DNA from: Candidatus Latescibacterota bacterium
GTDB lineage: Bacteria > Latescibacterota > UBA2968
NCBI GenBank assembly: GCA_965222605.1
Contig: OZ244960.1
Location: 5,504,001 to 5,568,000, forward strand
DNA: 64,000 bases
Direction: 5' to 3'
Made by a program: the position numbers and the translations under genes. A model generated the notes under the pieces. It did no database searches and was not told the DNA's origin. It saw only the letters and a list, made by a program, of their open reading frames with translations. Of the stretch, positions 1 to 10,223 are shown piece after piece; within the stretch, counting starts at the first letter, position 1, and each line of letters begins with the position of its first letter.

Positions 1-34
1 AAGTCATCAACTTGATCGTCTTCTCGTCCGCCAT
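1..34 (-). CDS. 5' start of a gene running off the window (MADEKTIKLMT...)
   Basis: ATG at 34-32 preceded by GAGGA RBS; frame open to the window edge. Confidence 0.4.
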   Translation of the reverse strand, partial: MADEKTIKLMT

Positions 35-69
35 CAGATTTCCTCGAGTATATTTGGGTGTTTATTCAT
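34..69 (-). pseudogene. sulfatase 5' stub (MNKHPNIL)
   Basis: Manual translation ATG AAT AAA CAC CCA AAT ATA CTC gives the typical sulfatase N-terminal PNIL strand, then runs into the next gene's RBS. Confidence 0.45.
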
Positions 70-168
70 AAAATCACATGAGGGGGAGGTCCTTCACATC
101 GAGGCCGTCCGCCTCCATGCGGTCAATAAGATGTAGATAAGTCCCATAGCGTGTGTTGTCCCAATGTT

Positions 169-1239
169 TCAGGCTCCTGCCACAGCGACCTCTTGTCCGG
201 ACGACGCCGAGGCATAGAGCGCGTCCATCAGACGCTGGATGCGGATGATTTCCGGTCCTGAAACGGGAGATGCCTCACCCTGACGGACGGCACTCAGAAA
301 ATCGTTGATCAGCCGCCTCATATCGTAGTCGCAAGGCTTCAACGTCCCTCTGGCGGGGGTCTCATCACGCCACGATCGTCCGTTGTCGGTCCAGATTCTG
401 AGTGGTGAGATGGACGCGGTACCCCGGTCTCCGAGAAAGGCCCAGCCTTCGCGTCTATCAGAGGGTGCCTGAAGAAAATTCGCTTCCACAGTCAGGATGG
501 TATTTCCAGACAGTCGAATGAAGCCAGCGCCGAAGTCCTCGAAATCCGGATCGAGCGACGCCGGATCGATGTCATCTCGTACGGGTCCGGCCGCCGACGG
601 GTAATCGGAGACCCGCTGGTGGCGGAATGCGCTGGCGGTCAGCGGTTCGGGGTTGCCAAGCAGCCAGAGCACGAGGTCGAGGTTGTGGATCGTCCAGTGT
701 GCGAGAACGCCGCCGCCGTTTTTTAGTCCACGCGACCGGTGCGCTCTCTTCGGCAGTCCGTAGGCACTCCCGCCCCACGTTCGAACGGCGTGTACGTGAC
801 CGAGGACGCCGTCTGCAATTCGGTCTCTCAGGTATCGGGACTCGTCCCAGGTTCGGTATTCGAAGCAAATGCTCAGCAGTCGATTGTTCGTTTCGGCGGC
901 GTGGACCATGTCCCGGGCCTCGCCCGCATTCATTGCCACGGGCTTCTCGCACAGGACGTGACATCCCGCCTCCAGGCACATCACTGCGAGGTTTCGATGA
1001 CTCGAGGGCAGCGTAGCGATGCTCACGACATCGGGCCTGGTCTTTTCGAGCATTTCTTCCGCGTTTTGAAATCCGGCGACTTCAAACTGCTTTCCGGCCC
1101 GCGACACCCGTTCGGGCTCCAGGTCGCATACGCCCACGAGCGAGCAGACCCCGGCATCTGCTGCCTCCCAGTAGGCTGGCAGATGTTGTGTGGTTGCAAT
1201 TTGGCCGCACCCGATTACGGCGACTTTCATCGGACTCAT
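169..1239 (-). CDS. Gfo/Idh/MocA family oxidoreductase
   Basis: VAVIGCGQIA Rossmann motif and HVLCEKP motif; start reassigned to MSPMKV after GAGGA RBS. Confidence 0.9.
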   Translation of the reverse strand: MSPMKVAVIGCGQIATTQHLPAYWEAADAGVCSLVGVCDLEPERVSRAGKQFEVAGFQNAEEMLEKTRPDVVSIATLPSSHRNLAVMCLEAGCHVLCEKPVAMNAGEARDMVHAAETNNRLLSICFEYRTWDESRYLRDRIADGVLGHVHAVRTWGGSAYGLPKRAHRSRGLKNGGGVLAHWTIHNLDLVLWLLGNPEPLTASAFRHQRVSDYPSAAGPVRDDIDPASLDPDFEDFGAGFIRLSGNTILTVEANFLQAPSDRREGWAFLGDRGTASISPLRIWTDNGRSWRDETPARGTLKPCDYDMRRLINDFLSAVRQGEASPVSGPEIIRIQRLMDALYASASSGQEVAVAGA

Positions 1240-1250
1240 GAGTTCCTCAT

Positions 1251-3356
1251 TCAATCTTCGATTAGCACGGTGTCCATCGCCGGAACCAGGACCGATCGGT
1301 CCGCCAGTTCCACGGATACGGATGCCGGTGTGAAGTTCGCAACGGCGATCACGTTGCAGGTGCGGGACCGGAAGCGATATGCCCTGACTCCTTCCAAACC
1401 CGTATCCAGCCGGTCTATCTCCTGGCCAATGCGGCGAGTTCCGGCACGACCCTGGCGTATGACACACGCGTAGTCCCGGACGTTTCTACCGCTCACTCCG
1501 GGGCACAGGAATACGCGGTCCTGGAGCAAGTTCTTCCACCGCTCAGGTGTATTTCTCTCCGAGGCATCTTCATAGAAAAGTTGCTCGCCGCACGTCTCGA
1601 TCCCCAAACATCCCGCGATCTTGATCCAGGTCGAATCTGTTTCAATCACCCGTGCTCGTCCACCTACGCCTCGCACGGTGCGACGACCGCCTTCGAAGGA
1701 GATCGGGACCCGGTTGCCGTTTACAAAGTCATTCATGATATAGACGCCAAATCCCTCGTTCAGCGAGAGCGCGACATCCGCGACTGTCCAGTCTATAACG
1801 AGCGAAGTTTCCCCGTCTTCGAGCGCGACGACGGCGATTGATTGTCGAATTCGACCGTCCGCGTATTCGATCGCACCCGTGGTCGTGAAGCCTTTCTCCG
1901 ATGTGTGATCGGTGTGGAAGAGCGGCGTGGGATTCAGGCGCTCGCCGTTGATTTCGAAACGTCCGATGAAGGCGTCCTGATCTGATCCGAGCGTGTCTTC
2001 TCCACCAGCCGGTACGACCATTCCCATCACGCTGTGTGCCAGGGATCGCCAGGCGAATGAGAACAGGCCCTGCTTGCTGCGGCGAACTTGCAGCCAGACA
2101 TAGGGATAGGCATCAGTTCCGACCTGTTCGCGTCTGAATTCCTCGACGGATATCGGCGAGACGTCGGGTATGCCGGCAATCACGAGGCCGGCCAGTTGCC
2201 CCATGATGCCCGTTTCGAACTGGAAGTAGCGACCACCAGCCGCGTGTGGCATTCGGGCGTTGAATCGGCCGTCTCCTGCGTCCCGCATCAACTCGTCCAG
2301 ATACACGAGGTTCTGCCACAGCATATGACCTGCAAATCGGTCGCCGAATTCCTCGAACATGACGGCGTGCTGGAAGCTGATGTCGGGTTCGTGGTAGGTC
2401 CAGTCCTGGCCGGATGGGTAGGCCGTAAATCCGTTATAGAGAAAAAAACGCCTTAGCACCTTCCAGGCATCGTGGACGTGGTGCAGGTAATGCGGGGGAG
2501 GTGTTTTGCCCGTCAGTGTGAAGGCGAGGCGCCCCGTCATCAGGAGGACACCACAGCCGAGGTACCCCGGATGGAAGGAACCGTGGTTCTCCACGGTGAG
2601 GTCGGGGTGGGCCGTTTGCGTGCAGATCCAGTCTTTCAGCGGGCGACCGTCGAAGAGTCGCGTATCGACCCGATCGAGGTCCGTGGTGAAGGTGTTGACG
2701 GCGAACAGCTTGCCCCGGTAGAGCCATTCGTCCGCGTGGGGATGGTCGGGAAGGAGGCAATACGCCCAGGCAAGCAGATAACTGTCCCACGCATTTTCCT
2801 CCTCCTTCGTGTCGTGCCAGCGGCCGTCCGGGGGATCGACACCGAGAAATCGGTCCGCTTCAAACGCGAGCACGCGATGGAAGGCTTCGCGCACGTCCGG
2901 CTCCAGTTCGTTCGCAACGTGGTTGGCTGCCATTGCGATGTCCGCGATCCAGAGGGACGATTCCCAGTCGTCGCCCCACTGGCCATTCCATTCGAACGGC
3001 TCCGTTCTTCGCGATCCGCTCAGATGGTGCGCGCAGATCCAGCGGAGACACTGGTTTAATCGGTCGAGCAGGACGGGCTTTTCGATTCCAGCAAGCATCG
3101 GATCGAAGAACGCGCTCTGATGGAGGGCTGCGTAGCCTCGAAGTTCATCGCCCAGGGATCGGATGATCATTTCGTTGATCGGTCCGCCCGGGGGTTGAAA
3201 CTCGTTCACATCGAGGGTTCCGAAGTAGCCGTGTTCCGCGCCCTCATCGACCCAGTACTGCTCGATGTAGGGGATGTGCCGACACATCAGGTGAACGAGA
3301 TCGGCCTCGGACGGAAAAGTCGGCGCGCTCGTGTCGAGTGGTGGGTAGTCGATCAT
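1251..3356 (-). CDS. large uncharacterised protein, possibly polysaccharide-lyase-like (helical toroid plus beta domain)
   Basis: 701-aa ORF with DTKEEENAW and VENHGSFHPGY motifs and YPSGQDW; function inferred. Confidence 0.6.
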   Translation of the reverse strand: MIDYPPLDTSAPTFPSEADLVHLMCRHIPYIEQYWVDEGAEHGYFGTLDVNEFQPPGGPINEMIIRSLGDELRGYAALHQSAFFDPMLAGIEKPVLLDRLNQCLRWICAHHLSGSRRTEPFEWNGQWGDDWESSLWIADIAMAANHVANELEPDVREAFHRVLAFEADRFLGVDPPDGRWHDTKEEENAWDSYLLAWAYCLLPDHPHADEWLYRGKLFAVNTFTTDLDRVDTRLFDGRPLKDWICTQTAHPDLTVENHGSFHPGYLGCGVLLMTGRLAFTLTGKTPPPHYLHHVHDAWKVLRRFFLYNGFTAYPSGQDWTYHEPDISFQHAVMFEEFGDRFAGHMLWQNLVYLDELMRDAGDGRFNARMPHAAGGRYFQFETGIMGQLAGLVIAGIPDVSPISVEEFRREQVGTDAYPYVWLQVRRSKQGLFSFAWRSLAHSVMGMVVPAGGEDTLGSDQDAFIGRFEINGERLNPTPLFHTDHTSEKGFTTTGAIEYADGRIRQSIAVVALEDGETSLVIDWTVADVALSLNEGFGVYIMNDFVNGNRVPISFEGGRRTVRGVGGRARVIETDSTWIKIAGCLGIETCGEQLFYEDASERNTPERWKNLLQDRVFLCPGVSGRNVRDYACVIRQGRAGTRRIGQEIDRLDTGLEGVRAYRFRSRTCNVIAVANFTPASVSVELADRSVLVPAMDTVLIED

Positions 3357-3592
3357 AAGGCGGCTCCCGACTCTACGGTTTCGTGTGGTTCGTCGCAGCG
3401 GAAAACGACGAGTTTGCCGCTGTCGATGCGGTTTTTCACATCCCGCACAAATTCACGGGCGAGGTTGGTATCGTAGAGTACCAGAGCACCCGGTGACTGT
3501 GTGTGGGTTTGGAGCCGCTCCGATTTTTCGCTCCAGGTCGATTGAAGCGTGTCGGATGCATCTCCCTCAGCGATAAGAATGACGTATGCCAT
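3353..3592 (-). CDS. small hypothetical protein
   Basis: 79 aa, GGGAGAG RBS, 4-bp overlap with the next gene. Confidence 0.55.
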   Translation of the reverse strand: MAYVILIAEGDASDTLQSTWSEKSERLQTHTQSPGALVLYDTNLAREFVRDVKNRIDSGKLVVFRCDEPHETVESGAAL

Positions 3593-3721
3593 GTGGTCTC
3601 TCCCTTTCTTTTTTTATCTTTTACGCCTCAAACCGATGCAACTGACGCGAAGGCACGAGCAATTTATCGCCGAGAAGCTTGTAATCCCGGCCATTACGGC
3701 CCAGGCATTGCTTACGGGTGA

Positions 3722-4576
3722 TTAACTTCTCTGCACGGCAAAACCGGCTTCTTCGAGAAGCTGTATGATTCGGTTGGCGGCTTCAATGTAGTTCTCTCGG
3801 CCGGAGACGTGGAATTTCTGAGAATGAAGCAAGTGTGGCTCAGTGGTGATATAGCCTGAGTAGTTCATTTGGAAAAGGCGTTTGAAGATTTCGGGATATC
3901 CGCATTTTCCGTCGCCAGCAATGCAGTAGGTGCTGGTGTCGCCAGGTTCTCGGATGTCTTTGACGTGGACATTGGTGATGTAATCTTTCAGGTTTTCAAA
4001 AATGTCGATTCCAACTTCGCCATGTGCACCAAAGTTGCCGGGGTCAAAGTTGAGCCGGAAATTCGGAGAATTAACATCTTGAAGTGCTTTTAAACATTCG
4101 GAGGCGGTGCAGACGGCTGACGTTTTGTTGGGTGGATTTTCGAGTATAAGGGTTTTATTTTCCGCGGCAGCTATTTCGGCCATTGCGGTGTACATTTCAA
4201 TGGCGATTGCAAACCAGTCGGTTCCTGCGTCGCCTTTTTTATATCCCATCGTGCGCAGTTGGGTTGTGCCAACGTAGTCGGCACGTTGAACGGCGCGGGT
4301 GATGTGCGATATGTCCTGTGCGCGATTGGCTTCGTCGGGTACTGTGCGGCCCACCTGACCGAGATAAGTGGTGACGGTAAAACCTCGTTCTTTGACACGA
4401 TCTGCGACACGGATGAATGTGTCGTCATTCATCTGATCGACCATTTCACCATAGGCCGCACGCAGTTCAATAAATTTGATGCCAAGTTCATCGAGCACAT
4501 CCAACCCTTCGTCCAGATCCCACGATGGACTGGGTTCGTCGTTAACACCGGCGATACGGATTTTTCTATCAGTCAT
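3722..4576 (-). CDS. sugar phosphate isomerase/epimerase (xylose-isomerase-like TIM barrel)
   Basis: LILEN, NFDPGN, VHVKD and ITTEPH metal-ligand motifs. Confidence 0.85.
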   Translation of the reverse strand: MTDRKIRIAGVNDEPSPSWDLDEGLDVLDELGIKFIELRAAYGEMVDQMNDDTFIRVADRVKERGFTVTTYLGQVGRTVPDEANRAQDISHITRAVQRADYVGTTQLRTMGYKKGDAGTDWFAIAIEMYTAMAEIAAAENKTLILENPPNKTSAVCTASECLKALQDVNSPNFRLNFDPGNFGAHGEVGIDIFENLKDYITNVHVKDIREPGDTSTYCIAGDGKCGYPEIFKRLFQMNYSGYITTEPHLLHSQKFHVSGRENYIEAANRIIQLLEEAGFAVQRS

Positions 4577-4612
4577 CTTTTTATCTCCATTGGAGCTCTC
4601 TTTTTTGGACTT

Positions 4613-5008
4613 CTACGAGGAAGGGAGGAAAGCTACGGCTTCAATCTCGACCAGGTAATCGGGGTGAGCGATGCCACTGACGAACAACAGCGTGTTCGGG
4701 GGGGAAGGCGCCCTGAAGAAGCTGTTGCGGACACGACGAAAGGCCTCCAGGTGGCTGCGATCAGTCAGATAGGTAGTCAATTTGACGATGTCTTCCAGAC
4801 TGCCTCCGAGTTCCTCGATGATGGTCTGAAGATTCGCGTAAACCTGGTGAGTCTGTGCCTTGATATTGCCTTTCCCTACCAGATTGCCGTCCACATCCAG
4901 GGCGATTTGACCGGCGATATAGACGGTGTCGCCAGCCTTCGCTACGTGAGAGTAACCCACCCCCGCAGTCGAGTGGACACTCACCGGTTGTATAATCTCA
5001 CGAGCCAT
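4613..5008 (-). CDS. RidA/YjgF/UK114 family protein
   Basis: GYSH, YIAGQI and LVEIEAVA motifs. Confidence 0.9.
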   Translation of the reverse strand: MAREIIQPVSVHSTAGVGYSHVAKAGDTVYIAGQIALDVDGNLVGKGNIKAQTHQVYANLQTIIEELGGSLEDIVKLTTYLTDRSHLEAFRRVRNSFFRAPSPPNTLLFVSGIAHPDYLVEIEAVAFLPSS

Positions 5009-5039
5009 CGCTTCCGACCTCCTGTGTTATTGGTTGTGT

Positions 5040-5990
5040 TCATCTCCCAGTCAGACCCGTCTTCCCGGGTGGGCAGATCGTGTCTATCTTGTCCAGGGTG
5101 GCTTTATCGAGCTCGCCGTCGGCTGCTGCTGCATTCTGTTTTGCCTGCTCGGGCGTCTTCATTCCGGGAATAGGGCAGGTGACAGCAGGATTGGCGAGGG
5201 TAAACTTGAGCGCGAAATCAACCATGTTTGTCCCGTCAGGTACTAACTCGCGCAGTGCCGCGACCTTGTCGAGTTTGGCGAGGAAATCATCGCGTTGACT
5301 TTCTCCTGGATTCCAGTGATCTCGAACCGAGTCTTCAAACTTTGTATCTGTGGAGAATTTATCCGCCAAAAGACCCTGAGCTATTGGTCCTCGCAGTAAC
5401 ACCCCGATATTGTTGTCCAGGCAGTGGGGGAGGATGTCATTCTCAGGCCTCCGGTTAAAGAGCGAGTAGTTGATCTGACACGATGCGCAGGCACCCTCTG
5501 AGTCGAGCGCTTTGAGCGAATTCAGGTCGTTGGTGGATATCGCGTAGTGACGGATCTTTCCCTCTTTCTTGAGCAACTCAAAGGCTTCGACAAAGATCTC
5601 GGGATTTTCCGGGGTTCCTATGTGACACTGATACAGGTCGATATAGTCTGTATCGAGACGGTAGAGGCTTGCGTGACAGCAGTTGATGATGCTGTATATC
5701 GACTTGTATCCGAGGGGATCTTCCTGGCGCCGCCCCCAGTTGCCAGCCTTTGTCGCGATGTAGGCCTCGGATCTCTTACTTTTGAGTGCTTTACCTGTGT
5801 AGATTTCACTCTGCCCCAGGCCGTAGCCATCCGCGGTGTCAAACAAATTAACGCCCGCCTCGAGGGCTGCGCTGATGGTGTCGAGGGCCTGCTTTTCTTC
5901 GACCGGTCCCCACTGGCCACCAATGCCCCAGCATCCCATAGAGACGGCGCTTACGTTCCACCCAGTTTTCCCAAGCGTTCTGTATTGCAT
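5040..5990 (-). CDS. aldo/keto reductase
   Basis: MQYRTLGKTG, FDTADGYG, IATKAG, IDLYQCH. Confidence 0.92.
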   Translation of the reverse strand: MQYRTLGKTGWNVSAVSMGCWGIGGQWGPVEEKQALDTISAALEAGVNLFDTADGYGLGQSEIYTGKALKSKRSEAYIATKAGNWGRRQEDPLGYKSIYSIINCCHASLYRLDTDYIDLYQCHIGTPENPEIFVEAFELLKKEGKIRHYAISTNDLNSLKALDSEGACASCQINYSLFNRRPENDILPHCLDNNIGVLLRGPIAQGLLADKFSTDTKFEDSVRDHWNPGESQRDDFLAKLDKVAALRELVPDGTNMVDFALKFTLANPAVTCPIPGMKTPEQAKQNAAAADGELDKATLDKIDTICPPGKTGLTGR

Positions 5991-6057
5991 GATATTCCTC
6001 CGTATGTGTTGTGCCGTAGCTTCTACTCTGCTTCGACGGTCTGATTGAAGTCCAGGG

Positions 6058-6900
6058 TCATTCCTTGAGATCAGCAGCGTCCTGAGCTATCCACTGTTCC
6101 CAACTCACTTCATCTGGTTGCATAAATCCACTATTGGCTCGCCGAAATACATTCTCATCTTCTCCCAATAGGCGCAGCAGCCGACGATTTCCAGTCGCTC
6201 GGGCTCGCGCTTTAACAGCTTCAGAAATCGGCCCTGAATAATTGGCTCTGTGTTTGAGCCAGGAATGATTCATCGTTAAAAAGAAAAGATACCGATAGTC
6301 CTTTGAATAATTGGCTGTTCCCGAGTGTACGATAGCATTATGGAACACTGCGACATCTCCGGCTTTGGGATAAACAATGACCTCGTCGGGATGGGGTTGT
6401 TTTCTTTCTTCTGGCGTTAAAGACATGGCTTTCATGTGAGAACCTGGAATAATTCGCAGTGGGCCAATTTCGTCATCGAGATCCTGTAAATAGCTCAGGG
6501 CATTGAAGAGTAAGGGTCTATGGTAGATGCCTTCCTGAGGAAACTCGGCAAACATGTCCCGGTGAAAACCCAGTACTGGGTTTGTGTTTGGGTCCTGTGG
6601 CGCAGTGCGGCGGTACGTGATTGATTCAAGTTGGACATGAGGTCCGACGATCATTTCGGTAAAGTCCAGGAGGCGGTTATTTGTCAAGGCAGGAAAAACG
6701 AGATCGGGTTTATGTTCTAACACATCCACAAAGGCTTGGGGGCGGCTGCCATCAGGCTTGCGCAGGCGATCACCGATTTCATCAAACGAATCTCGCATAG
6801 CTTTGACCCAGCTATCGTCCAGCATCTTTGGAAAAACTGTAAATCCAACGGTTTTGAATTCTTCTAAGTGTTCCTCGAGAGATTTGGGATTTTCTTGCAT
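6058..6900 (-). CDS. phytanoyl-CoA dioxygenase (PhyH) family Fe(II)/2OG oxygenase
   Basis: FHRD, IPGSH, AGDVAVFH..IVH. Confidence 0.88.
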   Translation of the reverse strand: MQENPKSLEEHLEEFKTVGFTVFPKMLDDSWVKAMRDSFDEIGDRLRKPDGSRPQAFVDVLEHKPDLVFPALTNNRLLDFTEMIVGPHVQLESITYRRTAPQDPNTNPVLGFHRDMFAEFPQEGIYHRPLLFNALSYLQDLDDEIGPLRIIPGSHMKAMSLTPEERKQPHPDEVIVYPKAGDVAVFHNAIVHSGTANYSKDYRYLFFLTMNHSWLKHRANYSGPISEAVKARARATGNRRLLRLLGEDENVFRRANSGFMQPDEVSWEQWIAQDAADLKE

Positions 6901-6966
6901 TTCAGTCTCCTGGTACTTCAGTTTTCAATGGGTTTGTTGCTCGAATCTTCACCAGCCGGTTGCCCT

Positions 6967-8538
6967 CTAATGCGCCCCGATCACCACCAGATCACGCGGT
7001 GGTAACGGGAATGCCTGGAGCATGACTCGGTGCATCATTTCCTTCATCAGTTGTTGACGCGTCTGTTGGTACGCTGGATCATGCACGACGTTGACGAACT
7101 CGTCGGGATCTTTGGTGAGATCGAAGAGTTCTTCCCCTTCATCGCGCCCCGGCGTGACCGAGTACCGGAATTCACGGTTTCGCAACGTTTCTTTCCAAGG
7201 GTATTTCATAGCCCCCTCACGGAAGGGCGACTCGCACAGGCCGCCGAACGACTCGGAGAATGACGACTGCCTCCAGCCCGAAACCTGATCTCCCTTACAC
7301 AGAGGCATCAGGGAACGACCCGCACATATCGGATGGTCATCGGCTACCCCGCGTCTCGACAGGGGCCTCGGGTGATGTTCCAGAAGTGTTTCGTGCATAT
7401 CTAACACAGTCGGACAGATGTCTTCGTGCTGCACGATGTGGTCGCAAGTGCTGCCCTGCTTCAGGCCTGGTCCAGCGACAATCAGCGGAATGCGGATGAC
7501 GGCGTCATAGTGTCTGGCTGATTTGCCGCCCAGATTGTGATCCATGAGCATCTCACCGTGATCGGACACGAAGACGAAGTAGCTGTTCTCCATCCTGCCG
7601 GTCTGTTCAAGACGCTCCAGGATGCGGCTGATCTGTTCATCGAGGTGGATGAAATCAGCGAAGTAGAGCTTGCGGTAGTAGCGCCAGTTCGGTATCCGGT
7701 CAGGCCCATCCCAATGCTCCGTGTCGTAACCAACAGGGTCAGGGATGAGATCTTCGTTGACCATCTCAAGGAATCGTGCAGGCGGATGAAACGGGGGATG
7801 GGGCTGCACATAGCTGATGTGGGTGTAGAGAGGTTGATCGGCGGGCGTCTCGTTGATGAAGTCCAGGGCATGTTCCGTGATCCAGTTGGTTTGCGAGATC
7901 TCTTCCGGGAAGGGGAGGGGGTAGTAGCCTTCGGTGCGGGTTTTCAGGCCTCCGTCATCCCCTTTAGACCATGCCATTTTCTCCTTTGCCCGGCGCATCC
8001 TTTCGGTCAGGTTGACCCTCCGCTCGCCATACGAATCGTAATAAGGCAACTGAGAATTCCAGTTCGCCGGGGTTGCCATGATCGCATCATAGTGCTCGGG
8101 GTGCTCTTTCTCAATCCAGTCGTGCCACTCGCCGGTCCGGTTGTCCTCGGTGTTGTGGACCACATCCCAGCCGTACTCCCGGTAGTCCGGGTACGGGTAG
8201 TATTCTGAGTCAAAGGGATAGAAGTGGATCTTGCCAAACGCGCCGGTTCGCCACCCGGCCGTCTGCAATGTCTTCATGAAGGTGGGGATGTCGGGATTGA
8301 GCCGGTAGCCATTGGAGAGCAAACCGTGGCCTCGGCTGGTCAGACCCGTGGCTATGCCCGCCCGGGCAGGACAGCAGACCGGGTTGTTGGAAAACGCATT
8401 GGTGAAGGTCACGCCCATGCTCTGGAGGCGTTTCAGATTCGGCAGGTCGCAGATGCCGTTCATGGCCGCTTCCAGCCACTTTGCCCCCATCTGATCGACC
8501 ATAAGGAAGATGACGTTGGGTTTGTTCTTTGCGTTCAT
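6967..8538 (-). CDS. Cys-type sulfatase
   Basis: PNVIFLMVDQ, CCPAR, GKIH, SDHG; start at MNAKNK. Confidence 0.92.
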   Translation of the reverse strand: MNAKNKPNVIFLMVDQMGAKWLEAAMNGICDLPNLKRLQSMGVTFTNAFSNNPVCCPARAGIATGLTSRGHGLLSNGYRLNPDIPTFMKTLQTAGWRTGAFGKIHFYPFDSEYYPYPDYREYGWDVVHNTEDNRTGEWHDWIEKEHPEHYDAIMATPANWNSQLPYYDSYGERRVNLTERMRRAKEKMAWSKGDDGGLKTRTEGYYPLPFPEEISQTNWITEHALDFINETPADQPLYTHISYVQPHPPFHPPARFLEMVNEDLIPDPVGYDTEHWDGPDRIPNWRYYRKLYFADFIHLDEQISRILERLEQTGRMENSYFVFVSDHGEMLMDHNLGGKSARHYDAVIRIPLIVAGPGLKQGSTCDHIVQHEDICPTVLDMHETLLEHHPRPLSRRGVADDHPICAGRSLMPLCKGDQVSGWRQSSFSESFGGLCESPFREGAMKYPWKETLRNREFRYSVTPGRDEGEELFDLTKDPDEFVNVVHDPAYQQTRQQLMKEMMHRVMLQAFPLPPRDLVVIGAH

Positions 8539-8566
8539 GAATAAGGCTCTCTTTTGCAAATGATTT

Positions 8567-10204
8567 TTAGTGAATGCCAAACAAAAACAGATCCCGGGGC
8601 GGTAGGGGATAATCCTGGCGGATAATCTGTTCCATCAGGCGGTCTTTCAGTTCGCGGCGTAAAGCGGCCTGCTCCGGATCGTTGACAAGATTCTTCTGCT
8701 CGTCCGGATCTGCCTCGAGATCGAATAGCTGCTCGCCGTGTCCATCGGGATAAAACGTGTAACGATATTTGGATGTGCGTACGGTGCGCGCCCAGGCTCC
8801 CAGGGTCCCTGGACCGAAACATGGAAAAGATTCAACATACGCCTCCTCCCGCCAATCGTCCAGGACTCGTCCACGGCAGAGGTCAACCAATGACCTTCCT
8901 GTAATTGCTGGCGAACTGTCGAACGAGCCAGTGCGAAAATTGCGAAAGCGCACGTGAGGCAGGGGCACGCCGGTCATTTCGAGAATGGTGGGACAGATGT
9001 CTTCCAACTGCGCAATTTCCCGGCACACGGCGTTCTTCTGCAGGCCGGGGCCGGCAATGATCAGTGGCACCCGGATGCCGCCGTCGTAGTGGCGCTCCTG
9101 TTTTTGCCAGAAGCCGTGATCGCCGAGAAATTCACCGTGATCAGACGTGAAGATGATGTACGTGTTGTCCTGACGCCCGGAGTCCTCCAGGGCTTTCCTG
9201 ACCCGACCGAGTTGTTCGTCCAGGTGGGTAATGTCGGCAAAGTAGCAATGACGCTCGTAGCTGAGATCCGTCGTCAGGCTGGATGGCCGACCGTCTGAAT
9301 CGAGTACAGCAGCCAAATCTTTCATCCAGGCTGGTCGGTCGTCGCTCTCGCCGTGCAACACCCGCGCCATTTTCCGAAAATATTCGGGCGCGTCAGCATC
9401 GTTGAGCCATTCCGCCGGGACCGGGGCGGGGATTTTCTCCGGCTCAACGCGGTCCATGAATTCGGCTGGTGGACAAAACGGGCCATGGGGCGCCACATAG
9501 CTGATATGGGCAAAGAAAGACTGATCCGCACCGGTGTCGCGGATGAAATCCAGCGCCCTTGCGGTTATCCAGGATGACTGCGACACTTCCTCGGGAAACG
9601 GCAGCGTATAGGCCTTGCGAGAGTTCTTGGGCCACGCTTCGGTGGCGCGTGGGAAACGCTTTTGAGCGGCGCGTATGGCCGGTCTCAGATCGATACCGCC
9701 GTATTTGTCGAAACCCGGAACGTCGCGCCATGCCGTTGAAAGGGCCGCTTCGTAATGTTCAGGATGCGCCTCTTTGACCCAGTCGAGCCACTCGCCGGCG
9801 CGGTCATCCTCTGTGCCGTGTACGACATCGAAGCCATAGGGACGGTAGTCGTGCCTGAGGCTTTCGTGATGCGGCCTGAGGTGCAGCTTTCCAAAGGCAC
9901 CCGTCCGCCACCCTTTCCGCTGCAGCGCTTGCATGAAGGTCGGGATGGATGGATTGAGCGCGTACCCGTTCATGATCAAACCATGTGCTCTCGAACAGAG
10001 CCCGGTGGCAATCGTTGCCCGGGTAGGTGAGCATACCGGATTGCTGGAGAATGTCCGGGTAAAGGACGTGCCGTTTTCACGCAGCCAGTCCAGGTTCGGC
10101 AGGGCACAGATTCCTTTGTCCCGAGCCACTTCGAGCCACTTGGCCGACAACTGGTCAACCATAAAAAGGATAACGTTGGGTTTATTTGGAATTTTGCGTT
10201 CCAT
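8567..10204 (-). CDS. Cys-type sulfatase, close paralogue of 6967-8538
   Basis: PNVILFMVDQ, CSPTR, GKLH, SDHG, shared PLPPRDL..GxH tail. Confidence 0.92.
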   Translation of the reverse strand: MERKIPNKPNVILFMVDQLSAKWLEVARDKGICALPNLDWLRENGTSFTRTFSSNPVCSPTRATIATGLCSRAHGLIMNGYALNPSIPTFMQALQRKGWRTGAFGKLHLRPHHESLRHDYRPYGFDVVHGTEDDRAGEWLDWVKEAHPEHYEAALSTAWRDVPGFDKYGGIDLRPAIRAAQKRFPRATEAWPKNSRKAYTLPFPEEVSQSSWITARALDFIRDTGADQSFFAHISYVAPHGPFCPPAEFMDRVEPEKIPAPVPAEWLNDADAPEYFRKMARVLHGESDDRPAWMKDLAAVLDSDGRPSSLTTDLSYERHCYFADITHLDEQLGRVRKALEDSGRQDNTYIIFTSDHGEFLGDHGFWQKQERHYDGGIRVPLIIAGPGLQKNAVCREIAQLEDICPTILEMTGVPLPHVRFRNFRTGSFDSSPAITGRSLVDLCRGRVLDDWREEAYVESFPCFGPGTLGAWARTVRTSKYRYTFYPDGHGEQLFDLEADPDEQKNLVNDPEQAALRRELKDRLMEQIIRQDYPLPPRDLFLFGIH

Positions 10205-10223
10205 TAAAAATCCTCAATAATTA

